Origin: Candidatus Eiseniibacteriota bacterium
GTDB lineage: Bacteria > Eisenbacteria > RBG-16-71-46
Assembly: GCA_031366795.1 (NCBI GenBank)
Contig: JANLOX010000325.1
Location: 1-11,134, forward strand
Reading direction: 5' to 3'
DNA length: 11,134 nt
A program made the position numbers and the translations under genes. Positions 1 through 6,441 of the stretch are shown here, one piece after another. The notes beneath the pieces are model-generated. The model was not told where the DNA came from. It saw only the letters and a list, made by a program, of their open reading frames with translations, and did no database searches. How positions within the stretch are numbered: the first letter of the stretch is position 1; each line of letters opens with the position of its first letter.

Positions 1-1
1 T

Positions 2-1081
2 GCGGACCAGATTTCCGATTCCGTCCTCGACGCGCTGATCGCGCAGGACAAGTACAGCCGCGTCGCCTGCGAGACGCTGGTGACCACCGGGCTCGCCGTC
101 GTGGCGGGCGAGATCTCCAGCAAGGGCTACGTCGAGATCCCTGAGTTGGTGCGGCGCGTCATCGGCGAGATCGGCTACGACAGCGCCGAGTACGGCTTCG
201 ACAGCCACACCTGCGGTGTCGTGGTCACCATCGACAACCTGTCGGGTGACATCGCGATGGGCGTTGATACCGGTGGCGCCGGCGACCAGGGCCTGATGTT
301 CGGCTTCGCCTGCCGCGAGACCCCGCAGTTGATGCCGCTGCCGATCATGCTCGCCCATGCGCTCACGCGCCGGCTGGCAATGGTGCGGCGCAAGGGTTTG
401 ATTCCGTACCTGCGCCCGGACGGCAAGTCGCAGGTGACGGTGCAGTACGAAGGCACGCGCCCGGTCAAGGTAGACACCGTTGTCGTCTCGAGCCAGCATG
501 CCGACGGCATCGCGAGCTCGAAGATCCGCCGCGACATCATGAAGCATGTGATCGAGCCGGTGATCCCGAAGCGCTACGTGTCGGGCCGCATGACCTGCCA
601 CATCAACCCGACCGGTTCGTTCGTCAAGGGCGGGCCGATGGCCGACACCGGCCTGACGGGCCGTAAGATCATCGTCGATACCTACGGCGGCGTGGGCAGC
701 CACGGCGGTGGCGCGTTCTCGGGCAAGGACCCGACAAAGGTCGACCGCTCGGCCAGCTACGGCGCGCGTTACGTCGCCAAGAACCTCGTGGCGTCGGGCC
801 TGTGTGACCGCGTCGAGGTGCAAATCGCCTATGCCATCGGCGTCGCCGAGCCGGTGAGCGTGATGGTCGACACGAACGGCACGGGCAAGCTCAACGACCG
901 CAAGCTGACGGACCTGGTCCGCAAGCACTTCGACCTGACGCCCAAGGGGCTGATCGAGCACCTCAAGCTGCGCCGTCCGATCTATCGCAAGACCGCTGCC
1001 TACGGGCACTTCGGCCGCAACGAGCCGACGTTCACGTGGGAACGCACCGACAAGGCGCGCGAGCTGGCAAAGAACGCGTAG
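2..1081 (+). CDS. metK: Methionine adenosyltransferase (SAM synthetase), 5' end outside window
   Basis: Frame is open from base 2 ([11 protein letters not shown]...[11 protein letters not shown]). Signature motifs [47 protein letters not shown] and YGHFGR are present. Stop TAG at 1079-1081. The GTG at 80 is an internal Val. Confidence 0.98.
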   Translation, partial: ADQISDSVLDALIAQDKYSRVACETLVTTGLAVVAGEISSKGYVEIPELVRRVIGEIGYDSAEYGFDSHTCGVVVTIDNLSGDIAMGVDTGGAGDQGLMFGFACRETPQLMPLPIMLAHALTRRLAMVRRKGLIPYLRPDGKSQVTVQYEGTRPVKVDTVVVSSQHADGIASSKIRRDIMKHVIEPVIPKRYVSGRMTCHINPTGSFVKGGPMADTGLTGRKIIVDTYGGVGSHGGGAFSGKDPTKVDRSASYGARYVAKNLVASGLCDRVEVQIAYAIGVAEPVSVMVDTNGTGKLNDRKLTDLVRKHFDLTPKGLIEHLKLRRPIYRKTAAYGHFGRNEPTFTWERTDKARELAKNA

Positions 1082-1097
1082 AGAAATACTAAACACT

Positions 1098-1146
1098 GGC
1101 AGGGGCGGGCGGTCAGGGTGAATTCCCTGGTGCTCGCCCCTTTGCC
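1098..1146 (+). terminator. GC-rich stem-loop after metK, probable intrinsic terminator or 3' stabiliser
   Basis: GGGGCGGGC (1102-1110) pairs with GCTCGCCCC (1132-1140) with one G-U. Inner CAGGG/CCCTG stem. Followed by only TTT, so the U-tract is weak. Confidence 0.6.
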
Positions 1147-1199
1147 GTACCCGGATTTCGATATACTCTGGGACGACAGAACAGCCCCTCACCGAGGAG
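1141..1199 (+). promoter_or_regulatory. Putative -10 box and ribosome-binding site of the 1206 gene
   Basis: TATACT at 1162-1167. TTGCCG at 1142-1147 is only 14 nt upstream, so a poor -35. GAGGAG at 1194-1199 lies 6 nt before ATG 1206. Confidence 0.45.
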
Positions 1200-1205
1200 A
1201 CACCC

Positions 1206-1880
1206 ATGGCACCGCACCGCTCATCCATCCTGCTGCGAACCCTCTGCGCCGCGGGCCTGCTCGTGGCACTCGGGAGCATCGCACGGCCTGCACAGGCCGC
1301 GCCGGTATTCGGGTTCCGTGAAGACTGGACCGGGACCTCGACCCACGGCTGGTTGGGCGGCGGCGGATCGGGCGTCGTGATCAGCAATCCCGGCACGGGC
1401 GGAGTCGATGGCAGCGGTGACGGTTTCCTGCTGCTGTCGCTCGCAAACGCCGGCAATTTCGGCGCGCGTTCTTCGGGATCCGAATACGTCGGCAACTGGT
1501 CGCTCGCTGGCATTGAACAGGTGCGTGTGGCAGTCAACGATGTCGGCGCAACCGACGCGCTCGAGCTGCATTTCTGTATCGGCAATACGTCGAACTTCTG
1601 GCAGTACAACCAGGGCTTCATTCCCCCGAATGGCGTGTGGAAGGACTACGTGATCGGACTGAGCGACCCGAACCAGTTCACCCAAATCATCGGCTCGGGC
1701 AGCTTCGCGCAGGCGCTGCAGTCCACGGACCGCATCCTGATCCGCCACGACTTGGCGCCGTTCGTGCAGAACCCGGATCCGGGGGTGGGCGACTTCGGCA
1801 TCGACCGGCTGATCCTCACCGCGGTCGCGACGCCGGCGCGTCAGTCGACCTGGGGCAAGATCAAATCGCTGTACCGGTAG
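1206..1880 (+). CDS. Secreted hypothetical protein with N-terminal signal peptide and C-terminal TPxxxxTWGxIKxLYR motif
   Basis: Strong SD. Signal peptide ends ...ARPAQA/AP. Gly/Ser/Trp-rich beta-type mature domain. Ends VATPARQSTWGKIKSLYR. Confidence 0.9.
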   Translation: MAPHRSSILLRTLCAAGLLVALGSIARPAQAAPVFGFREDWTGTSTHGWLGGGGSGVVISNPGTGGVDGSGDGFLLLSLANAGNFGARSSGSEYVGNWSLAGIEQVRVAVNDVGATDALELHFCIGNTSNFWQYNQGFIPPNGVWKDYVIGLSDPNQFTQIIGSGSFAQALQSTDRILIRHDLAPFVQNPDPGVGDFGIDRLILTAVATPARQSTWGKIKSLYR

Positions 1881-1922
1881 CGGCCCAACGGCAGGGCACC
1901 GCACCGGGCGCCACCCGCGCTG

Positions 1923-2420
1923 CTACACGGTGGGCGCTCGAAGCCGGCGGTAGCGCCGCGCTGGAGCCATCGCGGGCGTCCACTCGGGGCCGTGGACCGG
2001 GTCGATCACGGTCAGGAACGCGAATCGCCGCATTCCGGCATCCGTGCTGAGCAATTCGCGAACGCCCTGTTCGCGCAGCACCGCCGCCAACTCGAAGCCG
2101 GGAGCGGGCGCCTCGCCGCGGGCATGCGCCCCCAGCAGCTCCGCGAGGATCACGGCGTGGCGCTCGCCGGGGCCGATCGCCATGACCGCCGGGCTCGCCA
2201 GCAGCGCCTCGACAAACCCCAGGGCATCGGAGGGGGCCAGCGGACGCGGGGCGGCGTGCGGCCGGGTGACTATGCGCACGAATTCGTCGACGACCGGCCA
2301 GGCCAGCAGCCACGGCACGTCGCCATTGGCGAGCGCATCGAGCACGCTGGCCGCCCGCGCGTGCTCGCGCGCGTAGCGGTTGACCGCATACGCGAGGATG
2401 CTGGTGTCGACGGCGATCAC
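1923..2420 (-). CDS. vapC: VapC-family PIN-domain protein, active site apparently degenerate
   Basis: MIAVDTSILAYA start, W-P-V-V-D-E-F-x-R-I-V-T helix, GERH, LAAVLREQGV, STD..RRF and IDP match the mycobacterial-type VapC pattern. The GTG start overlaps the upstream stop (GTGA at 2420-2417). Confidence 0.88.
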   Translation of the reverse strand: MIAVDTSILAYAVNRYAREHARAASVLDALANGDVPWLLAWPVVDEFVRIVTRPHAAPRPLAPSDALGFVEALLASPAVMAIGPGERHAVILAELLGAHARGEAPAPGFELAAVLREQGVRELLSTDAGMRRFAFLTVIDPVHGPEWTPAMAPARRYRRLRAPTV

Positions 2421-2665
2421 CGGCTGCCCTTCGAGGGGTCGCGGGGTTCGCGCGGATAGCTGGCCGCCCGGGTGCCTAAGTCCTCGAGATAGGGACCGAG
2501 GTCGTAGGAGGGGATGACACGGCGTGGCGCGCGGTTGCGTACCGCGCGCAGCCCGGCGCGCAGGGTGCTCTCGACGACATCGGTGAGCGTGCGTTGTTCC
2601 GCGGTCGCGCGCCGCTTGAGTTCCGCGTAGAGGGCAGCGTCCAAAAGTAACGTCGTTCGTTTCAT
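2417..2665 (-). CDS. vapB: VapB-like ribbon-helix-helix antitoxin/regulator
   Basis: MKRTTLLLDAALYAELKRRATAEQRTLTDVVESTLRAGL is a typical RHH (CopG/VapB) pattern. Translationally coupled to the PIN gene. ATG 2665 preferred over 2677. Confidence 0.85.
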   Translation of the reverse strand: MKRTTLLLDAALYAELKRRATAEQRTLTDVVESTLRAGLRAVRNRAPRRVIPSYDLGPYLEDLGTRAASYPREPRDPSKGSR

Positions 2666-2681
2666 ATGTATAAGCATATCA
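2664..2681 (-). promoter_or_regulatory. Extended -10 promoter with overlapping inverted repeat (putative vapBC operator)
   Basis: Minus strand reads TGaTATGCT (2681-2673), 7 nt, then ATG 2665. Inverted repeat ATATG-N6-CATAT at 2664-2679. Confidence 0.65.
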
Positions 2682-2716
2682 TTGTCATCAGCGCCTTGCG
2701 AAATCTGTTTTCACGG

Positions 2717-2745
2717 TTGAGCTTGGCGCCCGCATGCCGCATGAT
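2717..2745 (+). promoter_or_regulatory. Putative sigma70-type promoter of ahcY
   Basis: TTGAGC (2717-2722), 17-nt spacer, CATGAT (2740-2745). Confidence 0.45.
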
Positions 2746-2820
2746 CGCGCGTGTTCGCGAAGGGGCCTTGCTAAGGCCGCGCAGGGATCCACGAACCACC
2801 AACTCTCTCAAGGAGCATTC

Positions 2821-4149
2821 ATGGCCTCGGTTCGCCGCAAGAAGTCGCCGGTCACCGCAAACGGCAAGGGCAAGAGCAATGGTCACGACGCCGTCCCGGG
2901 CGACGTGCGGGACCTGGGATTGGCCGCGGAAGGCCGTTTGCGCATCGAATGGGCCGACCGCAACATGCCGGTGCTGCGCTCGATCCGCGCACGTTTCGCC
3001 AAAGAACGCCCGCTCAAGGGTGTCCGCATAGCAGCCTGCCTGCACGTCACGACCGAGACCGCGAACCTGGCTCGCACGCTGAAGGCCGCCGGCGCGGAAG
3101 TGGTTGTGTGCGGCTCCAACCCGCTGAGCACGCAGGATGACGTCGCCGCGGCCCTGGTCGCGCATTACGGCATCCCGACCTTCGCCATCAAGGGCGAGGA
3201 CCACAAGACCTACTACTCGCACATCGTCTCGGCCATCGAGGCCCGCCCGCACATCACGATGGACGACGGTTGCGACTTGGTCACGGTGCTGCACACCAAG
3301 ATGAAGCCCTACCTGCGCGACGTTTTCGCCGGCACCGAGGAGACCTCGACCGGTGTCACGCGCCTGCGCGCCATGGCCAAGCAGAAGGTGCTGCGTTACC
3401 CGGTGGTCGCCATCAACGACGCCGATACCAAGCACCTGTTCGACAACCGCTACGGCACGGGCCAGAGCACAATGGACGGCGTCATCCGCGCCACCAACAT
3501 GCTGATCGCCGGCTCCACGGTGGTCATCGCCGGCTACGGCTGGTGCGGCCGCGGTGTGGCGTCACGCGCCAAGGGGCTGGGCGCCACGGTGCTCGTCACC
3601 GAAATCAACCCGGTACGCGCGCTCGAAGCCGCGATGGATGGCTACCAGGTCGTCTCGATGGCGGATGCGGCCGTCCGCGGTGACCTGTTTATCACCGTCA
3701 CGGGCAACAAGTCGGTGCTGCGTCGTGAGCACTTTTCAGTGATGAAGGATGGCGCGATCGTCGCCAACAGCGGTCACTTCAATGTCGAGATCGACATCCC
3801 GGCACTCGAAGGCATGGCGGTGCGCCGCCGCAATGTGCGTCCGTTCGTCGACGAATACCGTCTGCGTGGGGGCCGTCGCATCAACCTGTTGGGCGAAGGC
3901 AGGCTTATCAACCTGGCCGCGGCCGAAGGCCACCCGGCGATGGTGATGGACATGTCGTTCGCGAACCAGGCGCTGAGCGTCGAGTACCTGCGCAAGAAGG
4001 CGCGCACGCTGAAGAAGGACGTGTACGTCGTGCCGAAGGCGATCGACGAGCAGGTCGCAGCACTCAAGCTGGCCACGATGGAGATCGACATCGACCGGCT
4101 GACGGCCGAGCAGGATCGCTACATGCGCAGCTGGAGCGAAGGCACCTAG
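2821..4149 (+). CDS. ahcY: Adenosylhomocysteinase (SAH hydrolase)
   Basis: Motifs ACLHVTTETA, GSNPLSTQDDVAAAL, DDGCD, GTEETSTGV, KHLFDNRYGTGQS, GYGWCGRG, NSGHFNVEID, EGRLINL and GHPAMVMDMSFANQ. AAGGAG at 2810-2815 precedes ATG 2821. Confidence 0.98.
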   Translation: MASVRRKKSPVTANGKGKSNGHDAVPGDVRDLGLAAEGRLRIEWADRNMPVLRSIRARFAKERPLKGVRIAACLHVTTETANLARTLKAAGAEVVVCGSNPLSTQDDVAAALVAHYGIPTFAIKGEDHKTYYSHIVSAIEARPHITMDDGCDLVTVLHTKMKPYLRDVFAGTEETSTGVTRLRAMAKQKVLRYPVVAINDADTKHLFDNRYGTGQSTMDGVIRATNMLIAGSTVVIAGYGWCGRGVASRAKGLGATVLVTEINPVRALEAAMDGYQVVSMADAAVRGDLFITVTGNKSVLRREHFSVMKDGAIVANSGHFNVEIDIPALEGMAVRRRNVRPFVDEYRLRGGRRINLLGEGRLINLAAAEGHPAMVMDMSFANQALSVEYLRKKARTLKKDVYVVPKAIDEQVAALKLATMEIDIDRLTAEQDRYMRSWSEGT

Positions 4150-4173
4150 GCCAAGCGACAGCCGAAGCACCAT

Positions 4174-4207
4174 GCGGCCCGCCGGGGGAGTTCCCACGGC
4201 GGGCCGT
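4174..4207. terminator. Strong hairpin between convergent ahcY and methyltransferase genes
   Basis: Perfect 10-bp inverted repeat CGGCCCGCCG (4175-4184) / CGGCGGGCCG (4197-4206) with inner GGG/CCC pairing. No clear U-tract on either side. Confidence 0.6.
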
Positions 4208-4257
4208 GACGTCTTGGCGCCAGACGGCTCGTGGCATGCAGCAGGCATCGCCGCCCG

Positions 4258-5166
4258 CTACTTCGCTCGCGCCTCGATGTACACGTAGGAGCCCCGCGTC
4301 CAGCCGCGCCGGTTGAGCGGGCCATCGATGCGTTGCGCGGCGGAGATCCACGTCCGCTTGAGGGCGGGCGGCAACCGCAGCTTGGGCACCGCGTGGTACC
4401 AGTAAGGGCAGAACGTGAAGGTCTCGACGATGGTGAATCGCGCGGCGATCGCGGGCAGGATCGACTCCTGCGTGATCGACTCGAACGGCGAGGTGTCGTG
4501 GAGATCGGCGGCGCCCCCGGTGTCGAGGGCCGCGCGCTTCTCCCGCTCGGACGCCAACAGCGCTCGCAGCCGTCCGCGCAGGCGCCACTTGGCCGCGTAG
4601 GGTTGAGCGGTCGGCAGCACCGCGACCATGCCCGCCGCGACGAGCTTCTCGAGCCACGGCGCGCCGCGGAAATCGCTCACGATCAAGGTGCCGCCGGGTT
4701 TCAACGCGACGCGCACCTGGTCGAGCAGCGCTTCCACGTAGGGCACATGATGGAGCGCATCGTGCGCGACGATGCAGGCGTAGTGCTGCGGCTCAAACGT
4801 CCGCGTGTTGAGGTCCGCGACCTCATAGCGCGCCCGTTCGCCAAGGCCCGCGCGTTCCGCTTCCTGCCGCGCGCGTTCGATCCGCACGGGGCTCAGGTCG
4901 AGCCCGGTGATCTCCACGCCGCGCCGCGCCAGTTCGAGCGAAAGGTCGCCGTCGCCACAGCCCAGTTCGAGCGCCGGACCACCCGCCGCTGTGGCGCGCG
5001 CGAGCAGGTGCGCATAGGGCCTGGCGAGCACGCTGGCATAGAGCTGCGGATCGTCCCATAGCTGGGGATTCGCCAAGTCCTGCGTGGCGTGGCCCCAGTG
5101 CTCGGCCTCGCGCGCGATCAACTCGGCATAGCGTTCATCGCTGCCTAAGGGCTTCGGGTCCGTCAT
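4258..5166 (-). CDS. Class I SAM-dependent methyltransferase
   Basis: Motif I ALELGCGDG, post-I ITGLDLS, VADLN, ALHHV, LKPGGTLIVSDF. Confidence 0.93.
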   Translation of the reverse strand: MTDPKPLGSDERYAELIAREAEHWGHATQDLANPQLWDDPQLYASVLARPYAHLLARATAAGGPALELGCGDGDLSLELARRGVEITGLDLSPVRIERARQEAERAGLGERARYEVADLNTRTFEPQHYACIVAHDALHHVPYVEALLDQVRVALKPGGTLIVSDFRGAPWLEKLVAAGMVAVLPTAQPYAAKWRLRGRLRALLASEREKRAALDTGGAADLHDTSPFESITQESILPAIAARFTIVETFTFCPYWYHAVPKLRLPPALKRTWISAAQRIDGPLNRRGWTRGSYVYIEARAK

Positions 5167-5199
5167 CGGTTGCGGGGCTCGATCATGGCGGCGTCATTC

Positions 5200-6441
5200 T
5201 CAAAAGTGTGCGGTGACGCTGGGGGTGAGCTTCCAGCGCGGCGAATAGTGCAGGCGCTGGTCCTGCAGCTGGCCGTCCGGAGCGTAGCCGCGGTACCACT
5301 CGAGCGCCACGATCCATTCGGGGCCGACCGGCCGCGCGGAAGTGATCGTCGCGGCCTGCCCGGGGGCGGCGGCCGGCGCGCGGCGGTGCAGCGCGGTCCC
5401 GATCATGCCGCGCCACGAGCCCGCGTAGTTGCGGAACTCGCGACCATAGGGGGAGGCCGTCCACAAGCGCGGGGTCCACAGCTCGGTTTCGCCGTCCGGG
5501 TTGTCGGCGGAGGCGAAGTTGTAGGGCTTGGCGAGGCGCAGGTCGACGCCCGCGAACCACTCGCTGTCGAAGTACGGTCCGCGCGCCAGTTGGTTGAGCA
5601 CGCGCGCCGGCAGGTCCCGCGAAGGCGCATCCATTTCGCCCGAGCCGCGATACTCGAGGCCGCAGCGGTAGACCGGGGAGCGGAAGTTCGACGGTTCGAG
5701 TTGACCGACGCCCCAGCTCGTCGGTGCTGCGATTTTCGCGTCAGCTCCGGCGTATGCGCGCAGGGTGCCCTGTGCATCCGCGCCACTGCGTTCGATCGAC
5801 ACGGTGAGTGCCGCAACTTCGTATGCCAAGTCCATGCGCTTGACGGGCGGTTTGCCGAGTTGCGCGCCCTGGTAGGGTGGGAAGACCTGGTTGCGCCCGA
5901 AGCTGCCTTGCGAGATGTACTCATCGCCCAAGTGTGAGCTGTGGTGCATCACGCTCAGGTGCGACGTCAACGCCGCATGGCGGTACGAGGTGATGCCGCG
6001 CGCGGCGTCGAACTCGCCGTGCCACAGCATGTCGAGACAGACGCCGTACTGGTAGTCGGTGTTGATGAGGATGCCGGTGCCGTCGAAGCGCGAGAACACA
6101 GCCGCAGGGACACCCAGCTGGTAGCGCACCCACGGTCCCTTCCAGCTGCCCATGCGCTCGAGCGGGATCCAGTGGAACGTCAAGCCGCCGACGGCTTCCC
6201 AGCTGAAGCCCTTGTGGTGCTCGATCACGCCGCCCTTCGACGTCGAATCGGTGACGTCGGTGCCGTAGCGCCAGTCCTCGGTGTAGTTCGACATCCTCCA
6301 GCGCGCTTGCGCTTCGCGCGGGTCGACCGTGAGCGGGCGGTAGAGCCGCACATCGGAGGCGCTCGCGCTCGAGCTGGCCAGCAGCAGTGCGACGAACAGC
6401 GCAGCGACACGCACGGCGTGATGTAAGTCCCACGAGGTCAT
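5200..6441 (-). CDS. DUF1207-like exported/outer-membrane beta-barrel protein
   Basis: Signal peptide (VRVAALFVALLLASSSASA). Motifs LINTDYQYG, HHSSHLGDEY and LEWYRGYAPDGQ recalled as characteristic of DUF1207. C-terminal Phe. ATGA overlap with the upstream gene. Confidence 0.75.
   Translation of the reverse strand: MTSWDLHHAVRVAALFVALLLASSSASASDVRLYRPLTVDPREAQARWRMSNYTEDWRYGTDVTDSTSKGGVIEHHKGFSWEAVGGLTFHWIPLERMGSWKGPWVRYQLGVPAAVFSRFDGTGILINTDYQYGVCLDMLWHGEFDAARGITSYRHAALTSHLSVMHHSSHLGDEYISQGSFGRNQVFPPYQGAQLGKPPVKRMDLAYEVAALTVSIERSGADAQGTLRAYAGADAKIAAPTSWGVGQLEPSNFRSPVYRCGLEYRGSGEMDAPSRDLPARVLNQLARGPYFDSEWFAGVDLRLAKPYNFASADNPDGETELWTPRLWTASPYGREFRNYAGSWRGMIGTALHRRAPAAAPGQAATITSARPVGPEWIVALEWYRGYAPDGQLQDQRLHYSPRWKLTPSVTAHF

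Noticed and set aside
1353..1373. GGGGSG segment resembling a synthetic linker
   Set aside because: Single copy within a naturally Gly-rich secreted domain, with no other sign of engineering.
2734..2820. Longer ahcY start at ATG 2734
   Set aside because: No SD, it overlaps the predicted promoter, and a clear AAGGAG precedes ATG 2821.
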